DNA of 64,000 bases from Antedon mediterranea (lineage: Eukaryota; Animalia; Echinodermata). The stretch is from contig NC_092670.1 in NCBI RefSeq assembly GCF_964355755.1, forward strand, positions 1-64,000, written 5' to 3'. The notes under the pieces were generated by a model that saw only the letters and a list, made by a program, of their open reading frames with translations, searched no databases and was not told the DNA's origin. How positions within the stretch are numbered: the first letter of the stretch is position 1; each line of letters begins with the position of its first letter. Shown piece after piece: positions 23,616-57,780 of this stretch. Position numbers and translations under genes: made by a program.

Positions 23616-26600
23616 GGTGATGATGATGGTGATGGTGATGATGATGATGGTGGTGATGGTGATGGTGATGATGATGATGGTGATGGTGATGATGATAATG
23701 GTGATGGTGATGATGATTGTGATGATGATGATGGTGATGATGATGATGGTGATGATGATGGTGGTGATGGTGATGATGATGGTGGTGGTGATGGTGATGA
23801 TGGTGGTGATGATGATGGTGATGGTGATGATGATGGTGGTGATGGTGATGGTGATGATGATGGTGATGATGATGGTGATGATGGTGATGGTGATCGATGA
23901 TGGTGATGATGATGATGGTGATGATGATGATGATAATGATGATGGTGATGGTGGTGATGATGATGGTGATGGTGATGATGATGATTATGGTGATGATGAT
24001 AAATCACAAATTTTATAAATAGAGAGGCATTTTAAAAAGCTATGAAAAATAAATGGTGTGGTAAACAGTGTTAATAGGTAGTATATAACTTGAATTTTAC
24101 ATTTCTGGTATTTTTATTCAACTTCAAATTTTTATTTTCATGCTATAGCAAAAATTACCACCGTATATCCACCATCTTTTTTCACCTTCTAGGGAGTCAC
24201 CAGACATGTTATTACATTAGGTTAAACTACCTAACTACTGAAAAAAGTCCTGGTTTTTATGGCAGAATTTTGCCAAAGTTTGTATTTGACCATGTTAAGG
24301 GAAATTCATATTTTTTCTGTCTTGATTTCTGTTACGAAATATTTGATTTATTTACAATTAACCAGAAATTATATTTAAAATTCATGCCTGTACCTGAGCT
24401 TTAAGAAACAAACAAATTTACATAATATGATTAAATGGCCTTTTTTATTTTTTAACAGTTGTTCAATACACTACCGGTCAATATTAAAGTTGTTCAATAA
24501 CTCACTGTTTGTCAGCCAAATCTGTAGTAGTATTATTTATTTTGATTACACCTTATTTCTAGAGGGTGACCCTAAACAGCGTATGCTGACAATCAAGGAG
24601 CCTTCTTGATGAGTATGACCCTAGAGGGTGACTCTAAACAGCGTATGCTGACAATCAAGGGGCCTTCTTGATGAGTATGACCCTAGAGGGTAACCCTAAA
24701 CAGCGTATGCTGACAATCAAGGGGCCTTCTTGATGAGTATGACCCTAGAGGGTAACCCTAAACAGCGTATGCTGACAATCAAGGGGCCTTCTTGATGAGT
24801 ATGACCCTAGAGGGTGACCCTAAACAGTGTATGCTGACAATCAAGGGGCCTTCTTGATGAGTATGACCCTAGAGGGTGACCCTAAACAGCGTATGCTGAC
24901 AATCAAGGGGCCTTCTTGATGAGTATGACCCTAGAGGGTGACCCTAAACAGTGTATGCTGACAATCAAGGGGCCTTCTTGATGAGTATGACCCTAGAGGG
25001 TGACCCTAAACAGCGTATACTGACAATCAAGGGGCCTTCTTGATGTGTATGACCCTAGAGGGTGACCCTAAACAGCGTATGCTGACAATCAAGGGGCCTT
25101 CTTGATGAGTATGACCCTAGAAGGTGACCCTAAACAGCGTATGCTGGCAATCAAGGGGCCTTCTTGATGAGTATGACCCTAGAGGGTGACCCTAAACAGC
25201 CTATGCTGACAATCAAGGGGCCTTCTTGATGAGTATGCCCCTAGAGGGTGACCCTAAACAGCGTATGCTGACAATCAAGGGGCCTTCTTGATGAGTATGA
25301 CCCTAGAGGGTGACCCTAAACAAGGTATGCTGACAATCAAGGGGCCTTCTTGATGAGTATGACCCTTATTCGTCTCGAAAGATGTACTAGGTTTTTTAAA
25401 GTGCACATGAGCCAGATGTGTACACTGGACCTAAGGTTTATAGTCCTTTTCCGAGAAGACTCGTTCTACCACCAGAACCATGGAGCGAGTGAGGCTTGTA
25501 CCCTTACCGATGTAAATATGGCAAGGTATTACGTTTCCACTGTCTTAACCACTTGGTCACTCACCGCTCCAGTATAGACCTACTGTAGTATTTCAGACCT
25601 GTCAAAATACACTCATAAGTAAACATCAATTGTACTAGAGTGGCAAGGTATTACGTTTCCACTGTCTTAACCACTTGGCCACTCACCGCTCCAGTATAGG
25701 CCTACTGTAGTACTTCAGACCTGTCAAAATACACTCATAAGTAAACATCAATTGTACTAGTAACCACTGGTTAGTACTGTATAACATTAACCTTAAACTC
25801 TTTATTTTTATTTTATTAATTTTACCAACATTAAAACAACACTTAAACTTTGAGTGTGCCAAGGAGTGGCAAAAGAGGTCGAAGGACCACTGTCGCCATA
25901 AGGCGTGCCACACCAACACTCAAAGCATACATTAAAACATAAAACAATGTAAATATGTAATATTAATACAATGATTATATACATTAAAGAGGCATAGTAT
26001 TTTTTAAGTGGTCCATTAACATGTTTTTAAATTGTACCCAACTTCCGCAAACAAAGGCGTCTTTAATATTGACCGGTAGGGTATTCCACAAACGAATAAA
26101 TCTGGTTGGGATACAATTCTTTCCACTATCAGCTTTACAAACTTTTCTTTTCATTCTACGACATATTCACACGTGTTCAACATCCTAGAGTGAGCACAGT
26201 GTAAAATAGAGATATTATAATAATATGATCTCTATGCTTACAAAGAACTTATAACACAAGAATCTCCTGTTCGTCCGAAGGGCGTAACAATTTCGAAAGG
26301 CATTGTGGGATAGAATAGAGCTAATGGGTGGCGCCATTGTGAGCCATGGAGTAGGGCGCCCGCATCAAATTAGAAAGTCAAAATCATAGAGGGGATCTGC
26401 TAATACTCTAGGGGGGGATAGAGTAATTGACTGAGGAGTAGGGCGCCCGCATAAAATTATAAAGTCAAAATCATAGAGGGGATCTGCTAATGCTCTAGGG
26501 AGGATACTGTAGAGTAATTTACTTCCTAGTTTGGAGGGGGCCAGTGCTGCTCCATGCTGTGAAATGGCGTCGCCCAGTTTGACCTTTTAACCCTGTACTT

Positions 26601-26852
26601 CCGATACTGTGTTTTGAATGCAAATTGAAGAACAGGAGATTCTTGTGTTATAAGTTCTTTGATGCTTATCACTAAAAAAGAAAACTAGAGAACTAGCAAT
26701 GGAGTCCGGTTGGCCAGCTTACTTTATTTTAGAGATGGTCAAAATATATTTAAAAATGCATTCGAAAAATAATGAAAGAACTAATATTAAGTCTCATTTT
26801 CCAGGAGAGCTTATTTTGTGTAGCTGCAGCCTTTGGTGTTTTCTATTATTGA
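21390..26852 (+). CDS. TCTEX1D2: Tctex1 domain-containing protein 2 / dynein light chain Tctex-type 2B (IFT dynein-2 light chain), 139 aa
   Basis: Exons 21390-21493, 21921-22054, 22528-22597, 23138-23201 and 26805-26852, all GT-AG and phase-compatible (420 nt). Translation NTYMLRPNFLQKFR...DRYKFIVQVVIGEQRGEGVKMGCRCFWDSDTDNYAQDIFMNESLFCVAAAFGVFYY* matches TCTEX1D2/DYNLT2B. Confidence 0.95.
22078..22329. repeat. ~84-bp tandem repeat x3 (TCTEX1D2 intron 2)
   Basis: Unit atataaatactgtatttatttctgtctg...catactgtaaat repeated three times. Confidence 0.9.
23290..24000. repeat. (GAT/GGT)n compound trinucleotide microsatellite (TCTEX1D2 intron 4)
   Basis: About 710 bp of gat/ggt triplets; source of the poly-D/G, poly-M/V and poly-S/P/H ORFs. 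Confidence 0.97.
24559..25366. repeat. 62-bp minisatellite, about 13 copies
   Basis: Unit ctagagggtgaccctaaacagcgtatgctgacaatcaaggggccttcttgatgagtatgacc. Confidence 0.95.
25362..25571 (-). mobile_element. tRNA-derived SINE with Nin/Deu-like central domain, 3'-truncated; head partly duplicated at 25641-25692
   Basis: Minus strand GGAGCGGTGAGTGACCAAGTGG (A box)...GGTACAAGCC (B-box-like)...CTCGCTCC, then TAAACCTTAGGTCC...GCACTTTAAAAAACC...TTTCGAGACGAATAAGGG, resembling the Nin/Deu domain (recalled, not searched). Confidence 0.65.
26241..26661. mobile_element. 421-bp MITE, P-superfamily-like
   Basis: Perfect 32-bp TIR caaagaacttataacacaagaatctcctgttc; 7-bp TSD ATGCTTA at 26234-26240 and 26662-26668. 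Confidence 0.85.
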
Positions 26853-27058
26853 AGGTTCATACTGTAGATTACCAGATACAATCACTCTTTGCATCATCTG
26901 CTGCTATGGTACTAGGAGAATGTGTGGGTCCTGACCGTCCATTTGTAGTGATCATCTGCTGCTATATGGTAGGAGAATGTGCGAGTCCTGACCGTCCATT
27001 TGTAGTGTGTAGATCTACTGGTTACATACTGTGAAAGAACTACACTGGACAACATTAT

Positions 27059-27297
27059 TGTAACAATGTATAGAGAAGATAATTTTTTATTATTAGTCTG
27101 TCTACATTGTATTTTAGTTATAAAGTATTGTTTTTGTAACAATGTGTAGAGAAGATAATTGGTTATTATTAGTCTGTCTACATTGTATTTTAGTTATAAA
27201 GTATTGTTTTTGTAACAATGTATAGAGAAGATAATTGGTTATTATTAATCTGTCTACATTGTATTTTAGTTATAAGAAATAAAGTATTGTTTTTGTC
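27059..27297. repeat. ~76-bp tandem repeat x3 in the TCTEX1D2 3' region
   Basis: tgtaacaatgt...aaagtattgtttt recurs at 27059, 27135 and 27211; a separate ~56-bp duplication lies at 26892-27008. Confidence 0.85.
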
Positions 27298-29649
27298 ATT
27301 ATGTTTGACGTTTTTTATATACAATAATATTGAATCATCCGTGTTGTATTGTGAAAAATGCCATGGGTCTCCATTAAGGTTTTTTAACTAGCCAAGAGGA
27401 CCAGCAGTGTAAAGAAACAATTTTACTGGTCCTCCACACCTTTTACTGACAGGCCACTAACTTTTGGCCTATACCTCATAAGCCTATTTGTGCTAATATT
27501 TGAAGAAATTATGCTGCCCAGATAAAAAATGGAAAATCCCAATATAATTTTGTCTCTATAGAAAGTTTACACACACAAGCGGTATATAGATTATGTTATT
27601 CCTTTGTTATGGCCAATTACACAAAACTCTGAGTGGGCAGGCAGTTTCCGCTCAGGATATATACAGATTCTGGAACAAACTATGCGGTTTCCAACTTAGC
27701 ACCGGAACTGCTTACCTGCTGTGTAAATTGGCCTTTAGGCATTTATTCAAACGGACATTAGGAAACAGTACGATGGGAAGCTTATAGTTCACTAAGGCTG
27801 AAAAATGTGTATTTGGAAACTCGGACTGGACATGCGCAGACCCCAAAGCATGTCTGGGAGAAGAGAGTCTATGAGATGGAGACAGCTATGTCTGTAAGAT
27901 GTGTTTAATAAAGTTTTCATTTTGGCTGTCAACAAGGCCTTGTATAATACCATCAATTTATCATTAAATAATGGTCAATCCTTCCTCTATTAATTATTTT
28001 TTGCGAATGGTGTGTATAAATAGATAAAGAATTGTTTGATAGTCAGTGAGTCCATTTTTTTGATGGCTGGAAATTAGAAATTTTGCAATTCACTGAATTG
28101 TTTAATGTTGGGGTCTAGTATAGTCTAGGCGCGCATGGAGGTATTATACCTAGGTATGTTTTTGTTCTGACAAGGTAACAGACTTCACTTGTTCATTTCA
28201 GATTTACGTTACACAACATTTTTACTACAGTACTACTGATTGTTAAATAAAAATAACTGATATAAGACGTTAGTTCCCAAAAAACAAAATCAGTTGAATA
28301 GGTTATTTTCTAGTAATAAAAGTAATCATTTCCGTAGCAAAAATAACCTTGGAAAAAATATTTTCACTTATAAAATGACATAAATGGTTAAATCAAACCA
28401 AAAACCCCATTTTTTCGATCCAAATTTTGGTCAAATTTAGCACTAGTGGAGCGCAGTGATATAAAATAGAAATAAGTCACTAATTTTAATATCTTTTTGT
28501 ACGTTAATACACTGTGCTCAAGTGGACACAATTTGGCGCCAGTGAGGAGCACAGTGATATAAAATAGAAACAAGTCACTGAATTTTAATATCTTTTCGTA
28601 TGTTAATACACTGTGCTTAAGTGGAACCAATTTGGAGCCAGGGGAGCACAGTGATATAAAATAGAAATAAGTCACTGAATTTTAATATCTTTTCGTATGT
28701 TAATACACTGTGTTCAAGTGGACCCAATTTGGAGCCAGTGGAGCACAGTGATATAAAATAGAAATAAGTCACTGAATTTTAATATCTTTTCGTATGTTAA
28801 TACATTGTGCTCAAGTGGACCCAATTTGGCGCCAGGAGAGCACAGTGATACAAAATAGAAATAAGTCACTGAATGTTAATATATTTTCGTATGTTAATAC
28901 ACTGTGCTCAAGTGGACCTAATTTGGCGCCAGTGGAGCCCAGTGATATAAAATAGAAAAAAGTCATTGAATTTTAATACCTTTTCGTATGTTAATACACT
29001 GTGCTCAAGTGGACCCAATTTGGAGCCAGGGTAGCACAGTGATATAAAATAGAAATAAGTCACTGAATGTTAATATCTTTTCGTATGTTAATACACTGTG
29101 CTCAAGAAGTGGACCCAATTTGAGCCAGTGGAGCACAATGATTAAAAATAGAAATAAGTCACTGAATTGTAATATCTTTTCGTATGTTAATACACTGTGC
29201 TCAACTGGACCCAATTTGGAGCTAGGGGAGCACAGTGATATAAAATAGAAATGAGTCACTGAATTTTAATATCTAAGTTTTCGTATGTTAATACACTGTG
29301 CTCAAGAAGTGGACCCAATATGGAGCCAGTGGAGCACAGTGATATAAAATAGAAATAAGTCACTAAATTTTAATATCTTTTCGTATGTTAATACACTGTG
29401 CTCAAGTGGACACAATTTGGAGACAGGGGCGCACAGTGATATAAATAGAAAAAAGTCACTGAATTTTAATATCTTTTCGTATGTTAATACACTGTGCTCA
29501 AGTGGACCCAATTTGTCGCCAGGAGAGCACAGTGATATAAAATAGAAATAAGTCATTGAATGTTAATATATTTTCGTATGTTAATACACTGTGCTCAAGT
29601 GGACCTAATTTGGCGCCAGTGGAGCACAGTGATATAAAATGGAAAAGGT

Positions 29650-30430
29650 TTCAGTTTTCATCGACATTTTTATTCCATAATCAAAATAAAAACATATACA
29701 AATACAATACAAATAATAAGATAATGGAATGGGATACAAAATAAGCACAAGTGCTTTAAGCATGTAACCCTAACAAAAAGATCAAACAATTAGTACAAAC
29801 AAAAAGAACAAACCAAAATAACATAATGTGATTTACTTAACTTAAATATTTCTATTGTTATAATATTGCTTTAATCTCTATTTAAACAAACTTAAAGTGG
29901 GGAATTGTTTTATATAGTCTGTTAAATTGTTCCAAATATGTGTTCCTTGGTAGGAAATACATTGCTGTCCGACTTTGGTGCGTTTTAGTTGTGGGCAGTA
30001 GTTTGACCTGTTTCTAGTTGAGTAATTATGGAATGAGGCAGATGTACTAAATAAGTTATTAAATGATTCAGGTAATAGATTATGTTTATATTGATACATA
30101 AATATAGCAGTGTGTTTCGTATAAAGGTCAAAAATATTTAATGTTTGGGTCGAAATAAAAAGTGGATGAGAAGGATGCATAAAATGAACATGACAAATAT
30201 TTCTAAGTGCTTTTTTCTGGAGAATATGTATACGGTTTAAGTTTGTAGCAGAAGTAGCACCCCATACTGTGATAGCATACGTTATTCTAGGTAATATAAG
30301 TGCATTGTATACCGTTAACAAGATTTTACTTGATAACATAGACTTCACTTTGTTTAAGACACCAATTATTCTAGAAATACTGTTTGCTACCTCATTTACA
30401 TGAAAATTAAACGATAAAGTTTCATCCAGA
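29650..30430 (-). mobile_element. 5'-truncated CR1/L2-group LINE 3' fragment inserted in the 97-bp array
   Basis: ORF 29878-30348 YNALILPRITYAITVWG...ILQKKALRNI...ISYQGTHIWNNL; the array resumes on both sides. Confidence 0.87.
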
Positions 30431-33400
30431 AAAAGTCACTGAATTTTAATATCTTTTCGTATTTAATATACACTATGCTCAAGTGGACCCGATTTGAAGC
30501 CAGAGGAGCACTGTGATATAAAATAGAAATAAGTCACTGAATTTTAATATCTTTTCGTATGTTAATACACTGTGCTCAAGAAGTGGGCCCAATTTGGAGC
30601 CAGTGGAGCACAGTAATCAAAAATAGAAAAAGTCACTAAATTTTAATATCTTGTTGTATGTTAATACATTGTGCTCAAGTGGACCCAATTTGGCACCAAT
30701 ATCGGTTACTCCATCCGTAATGGAAAAGAAAAATTACTTTCAAGCCACATCAGTGATTTTAATAACTTGCGTATAATACTTATGAAAGAACATACAATTC
30801 CAACACATTTTGTTAAACTTTAGCGATTAAAAAAAAGACATAATTATGTTAAAAATATGAATTATGTAGTAACTTATTGAAAGTATACTACCAAATTTCA
30901 AATGTGTAGGACAATTATTTTATTACGATCAGAATTTAAAGTTTAAAAAATGTGTTGGAATTCTATGTTCTATCATAAATATACATTTTAAACGAACGAA
31001 AATTACTAAAATCACTGATATGGCTCGAAACTAATTTTTCTTTTGCATTACGCATGGAGTAACCGATTTTGAACTTATATACCAAGTTTAAAATATTTTT
31101 TGAAATCCAGAAGTATTTTTTCTCGATGTTTTTGTATGTGACTATTTCCCTGTGCTCCACTGGCGCCAAATTGGATCCACTGGAGCACAGTGTATTAACA
31201 TACGAACATTTCTTTTGTAAAAAAAAAATACTCCTTGATTTCAATATATATTTCTTGGTATATTTTTAATTTAAGTTGCTCAATTTACAGGGAAAAAATC
31301 GAATTCCTAACCGTTTTTTTTGTTGTAAAAATCATGATTAGATTTTAACAGATGTGTCGGAATTGTATGTTTTTTCATAAGTATTATCTTAAGCAAACGC
31401 AAGTTATTAAAATCACTGATGTGGCTTGAAACTATTTTTCTTTTGGTTTACGGATGATAGAGTAACCGATATTGAACATATACCAAGTTTGAAATATTTT
31501 TAAATTCCAGAAGTATTTTTTCTCGATGTTTTTGTATGTGACTATTTCCCTGTGCTCCCATTGGTGCCAAATTGGGTCCACTTGAGCACAGTGTTTGAAA
31601 ATACGAAAAGATATTATAATTTAGTGACTTTTTTCTATTTTATATCATTAATTGTGCTCACTGGCGCGCGCCAAATTGGGTCCACTTGAGCACAGTGTAT
31701 TAACATATACGAAAAGATATTAAAATTCAGTGACTTTTTTCTATTTTATATCACTGTGCTCCACTGGCTCCAAATTGGGTCCACTTGAGCACAGTGTATT
31801 AACATACGAAAAGATATTAAAATTCAGTGACTTTTTTCTATTTTATATCACTGTGCTCCCCTGTCTCCAAATTGTGTCCACTTGAGCACAGTGTATTAAC
31901 ATACGAAAAGATATTAAAATTTAGTGACTTATTTCTATTTTATATCACTGTGCTCCACTGGCTCCAAATTGGGTCCACTGGAGTACAGTGTATTAACATA
32001 CGAACATTTCTTTTGTAAAAAAAAAATACTCCTTGATTTCAATATATATTTCTTGGTATATTTTTAATTTAAGTTGCTCAATTTACAGGGAAAAAATCGA
32101 ATTCCTAACCGTTTTTTTTTGTTGTAAAAATCATGATTAGATTTTAACATATGTGTCGGAATTGTATGTTTTTTCATAAGTATTATCTTAAGCAAACGCA
32201 AGTTATTAAAATCACTGATGTGGCTTGAAACTATTTTTCTTTTGGTTTACGGATGATAGAGTAACCGATATTGAACATATATACCAAGTTTGAAATATTT
32301 TTAAATTCCAGAAGTATTTTTTCTCGATGTTTTGGTATGTGACTATTTCCCTGTGCTCCCATTGGTGCCAAATTGGGTCCACTTGAGCACAGTGTTTGAA
32401 CATACGAAAAGATATTATAATTTAGTGACTTTTTTCTATTTTATATCACTGTGCTCACTGGCGCGCGCCAAATTGGGTCCACTTGAGCACAGTGTATTAA
32501 CATATACGAAAAGATATTAAAATTCAGTGACTTTTTTCTATTTTATATCACTGTGCTCCACTGGCTCCAAATTGGGTCCACTTGAGCACAGTGTATTAAC
32601 ATACGAAAAGATATTAAAATTCAGTGACTTTTTTCTATTTTATATCACTGTGCTCCCCTGTCTCCAAATTGTGTCCACTTGAGCACAGTGTATTAACATA
32701 CGAAAAGATATTAAAATTTAGTGACTTATTTCTATTTTATATCACTGTGCTCCACTGGCTCCAAATTGGGTCCACTTGAGCATAGTGTATTAACATACGA
32801 AAAGATATTAAAATTCAGTGACTTTTTTCTATTTTATATCACTGTGCTCCCCTGTCTCCAAATTGTGTCCACTTGAGCACAGTGTATTAACATACGAAAA
32901 GATATTAAAATTTAGTGACTTATTTCTATTTTATATCACTGTGCTCCACTGGCTCCAAATTGGGTCCACTTGAGCACAGTGTATTAACATACGAAAAGAT
33001 ATTAAGATTCAGTGAATTTTTTATTACGAAAATATATTAAAATTCAGTGATTTATTTCTATTTTATATCATTGTGCTCCCCTGGCTCCAAATTGGGTCCA
33101 CTTGAGCACAGTGTTATTAACATACGAAAAGATATTAAAATTCAGTGACTTTTTCTATTTTATATCACTGTGCTCCACTGGCTCCAAATTGGGTCCACTG
33201 GAGCACAGTGTATTAACATACGAACATTTCTTTTGTAAAAAAAAAATACTCCTTGATTTCAATATATATTTCTTGGTATATTTTTAATTTAAGTTGCTCA
33301 ATTTACAGGGAAAAAAATCGAATTTCTAACCGTTTTTTTTGTTGTAAAAATCATGATTAGATTTTAACATATGTGTCGGAATTGTATGTTTTTTCATAAG

Positions 33401-34468
33401 TATTATCTTAAGCAAACGCAAGTTATTAAAATCACTGATGTGGCTTGAAACTATTTTTCTTTTGGTTTACGGATGATACAGTAACCGATATTGAACATAT
33501 ATACCAAGTTTGAAATATTTTTAAATTCCAGAAGTATTTTTTCTCGATGTTTTGGTATGTGACTATTTCCCTGTGCTCCCATTGGTGCCAAATTGGGTCC
33601 ACTTGAGCACAGTGTTTGAACATACGAAAAGATATTATAATTTAGTGACTTTTTTCTATTTTATATCACTGTGCTCACTGGCGCGCGCCAAATTGGGTCC
33701 ACTTGAGCACAGTGTATTAACATATACGAAAAGATATTAAAATTCAGTGACTTTTTTCTATTTTATATCACTGTGCTCCACTGGCTCCAAATTGGGTCCA
33801 CTTGAGCACAGTGTATTAACATACGAAAAGATATTAAAATTCAGTGACTTTTTTCTATTTTATATCACTGTGCTCCCCTGTCTCCAAATTGTGTCCACTT
33901 GAGCACAGTGTATTAACATACGAAAAGATATTAAAATTTAGTGACTTATTTCTATTTTATATCACTGTGCTCCACTGGCTCCAAATTGGGTCCACTTGAG
34001 CACAGTGTATTAACATACGAAAAGATATTAAAATTCAGTGACTTTTTTCTATTTTATATCACTGTGCTCCCCTGTCTCCAAATTGTGTCCACTTGAGCAC
34101 AGTGTATTAACATACGAAAAGATATTAAAATTTAGTGACTTATTTCTATTTTATATCACTGTGCTCCACTGGCTCCAAATTGGGTCCACTTGAGCACAGT
34201 GTATTAACATACGAAAAGATATTAAGATTTAGTGAATTTTTTATTACGAAAATATATTAAAATTCAGTGATTTATTTCTATTTTATATCATTGTGCTCCC
34301 CTGGCTCCAAATTGGGTCCACTTGAGCACAGTGTTATTAACATACGAAAAGATATTAAAATTCAGTGACTTATTTCTATTTTATATCACTGTGCTCCTCA
34401 CTGGCGCCAAATTGTGTCCACTGGAGTAGTTACCGTAGTACTATTTCTAATTCGGAAGTAAATAAAGG

Positions 34469-35203
34469 TATGGAACGCCGTTTACGCAACATTTCGATGA
34501 TATGAATTTTATGACGCGATATGTGAATGAAATGCATCGATATGAATTAAATGGTGCGATATATGAATGAAATGTTTTGAATTGAATGCTTTGAATTGAA
34601 TATTTTGAATGAAATGTTTTGAATGAAATGTTTTGAATGAAATGTTTTGAATGAAATGTTTTAAATGAAATGTTTTGAATGAAATGTTTTGAATGAAATG
34701 TTTGAATTGAATTGAAAAGTCAAACTATTGGTGGCGTATGTCATTCTCGCTCGCGATTATTTTCTCAACCTCTTAGGCCTAAGCCTGGGTACCCTCATCT
34801 CCTTTCTTCCACGCTGCCTTTACAGAGAATCCTAACAGACCTGGGTTCGGAAATATGTATTCCAATGTTTCAGGTCTGTTAGGGAGTCTCTGTAAAGGAT
34901 TCATATTGATGACAGCGTTGAAAGGAGATGAGGGTACCCATGCTTAGGCCTATTAAGAGGTTGAAAAAAAATCGCGAGCGGGAATGACATACGCCGCCAA
35001 TAGTTTGACTTTTCAATTCAATTCAAACATTTCATTCAAAACATTTCATTCAAAACATTTCATTCAAAACATTTTATTCAAAGCATTCAATTCAAAACAT
35101 TTCATTCATATATCACGCCATTCAATTCATATCGATGCATTTCATTCACATATCGCGTCATAAAATTCATATCATCAAAATGTTGCGTAAACGGCGTTCC
35201 ATA
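34469..35203. mobile_element. 735-bp near-palindromic MITE, IS3EU-like
   Basis: Termini TATGGAACGCCG / CGGCGTTCCATA, arms of about 350 bp with (TTTGAATGAAATG)n; 6-bp TSD TAAAGG at 34463-34468 and 35204-35209. The empty site is visible at 59865-59870. Confidence 0.85.
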
Positions 35204-35402
35204 TAAAGGCATAAATGGCGCTCCGTAGAAGTAGAGAATTGGTCGATCGTCGAAATGACGCTCTGAATATACCTCCTGTGTGTACAAATGATGTTATTTA
35301 TGATAGGCCTACCACCGTATTAAAAGTTCGCTATTTGCCTGTTTTTGAGGAGCGAGTCGAACCACAGCTAAGTTTTAGCCTTTGTTTAGATTTATAAAGA
35401 AG

Positions 35403-56600
<21,198 letters not shown>

Positions 56601-57439
56601 TGATGTGACACTGACAGTAAATAATACAAATAGTAACAAGTAGTGCACTCGGTTTATTGCATGTCTATTGATAGACAAAGGGTACACGTTGTATAACCAG
56701 TAATTTCTCTTGCCTTGTATAACAAATTAATGTTACTCTAAACACTGTTAAAACACTTTTTTTTATAGCATAGCAAATTAACAGAAATAAGACTTCAAAG
56801 TTATATTCAATAGAACCAACGAATACACTTACTGTGTTTATACATGATAATACAATATTACACATATTTTGTAGTATAATATTCAGGGTACACCCATTGA
56901 AAATTAAAATGTACTAATTTATTCAGATTTCATAGACGGACAGAAGGTAGCAAATGCTGATTGTATAAAACTATACAAGATAGACCAAACTAGGCTACAA
57001 ATAATTATTATTGTTCATGAATTCTGTGACAGGCTACTCAGTATAAGAATAATATTCTGTAGTACAAAATGGTGGTTATACATTAAAGTTTTGTTCATTG
57101 AAATGAATATACAGTCACAGAATTTCCTACCACCAAAGCGAGGTATTTGGGATTACAAATCGAATGTATTATCCACCAAAAACATAAACAATTAAGATTA
57201 ATAAAATCAGACTTTGCATAGGCCATTTTGCAGTTTTAATCAAGTTATTCACTGATACATGTATAAAAAGATGAAATAAAGTTTAGTTTTTGTCACCCTT
57301 CATTAACCGTGTACATTGTGGCATAACGGGTAGTGTTTTAGTAACTATCATTTGAATTCTCTAAAAGCTGGGGTTTGAATCTCTACGATTTTTTTTTTAA
57401 TGTATAAAAAAATGTTTTTCTTAGTCTATTTTATCTGAT

Positions 57440-57780
57440 GAAATACCAACTGACACGCGTTACCCTTATCAATATCAGAAATCAGATATTTTGCTAAGAA
57501 CTGGTAAAATTGAGATACTGTAGGACGGTATTTCATTGGACCCCTTTTTCAAGACTGGTTGAACTCGAGCACACTTTAACAGATTTAGAAATAGACAGTT
57601 ATTAAATGATAAATTTAAATATATAACACAAGGGATTTAAAATATGTAATGATGCAATTGAAATTAATTTTGCTGGTAGACCATCTGATCCAGTTGCTTT
57701 ATTTTGGTCGATTTTACAAATTAAATTAAATAAGTACCGCATTAACAGTGATAGATTCAAGAAAAAAAGAATTTGGAAAG
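57440..57780 (-). mobile_element. Short, highly decayed CR1/L2-group RT fragment
   Basis: Minus strand KATGSDGLPAKLI...PLCYI followed by RP..ISILPVLSKI, the pre-RT motifs of CR1/L2 ORF2. Confidence 0.6.

Larger units (their letters stand above)
28137..35276. mobile_element. Large foldback-type element whose arms are arrays of a 97-bp unit in opposite orientations (28430-30700 forward, 31130-34430 reverse; symmetry centre near 30880)
   Basis: Unit gagcacagtgatataaaatagaaataagtcactgaattttaatatcttttcgtatgttaatacactgtgctcaagtggacccaatttggagccagtg; inverted inner arms 30700-30810 / 30950-31070; higher-order blocks start near 31199, 31997 and 33217. Putative ends GGAGGTAT / ATACCTCC; the right end is defined by identity with 59820-59936, the left end is tentative and no TSD is seen. 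Confidence 0.72.

Noticed and set aside
23280-24018. Poly-Asp/Gly, poly-Met/Val and His/Ser/Pro ORFs (biomineral-like acidic protein)
   Set aside because: Pure GAT/GGT microsatellite inside TCTEX1D2 intron 4, with no signal peptide or flanking exon structure.
24559-25366. Interstitial telomeric sequence (ACCCTAAAC in the 62-bp unit)
   Set aside because: A single hexamer-like match per unit, not a tandem TTAGGG tract.
25480-25571. tRNA gene
   Set aside because: Degenerate B box and direct continuation into a SINE body; treated as a SINE head.
28430-34430. CACAGTG heptamers as RAG recombination signals or a ProtoRAG/Transib element
   Set aside because: No ACAAAAACC-like nonamer at 12 or 23 bp spacing, the heptamers are internal to satellite units, and there is no RAG1/Transib coding sequence in the window.
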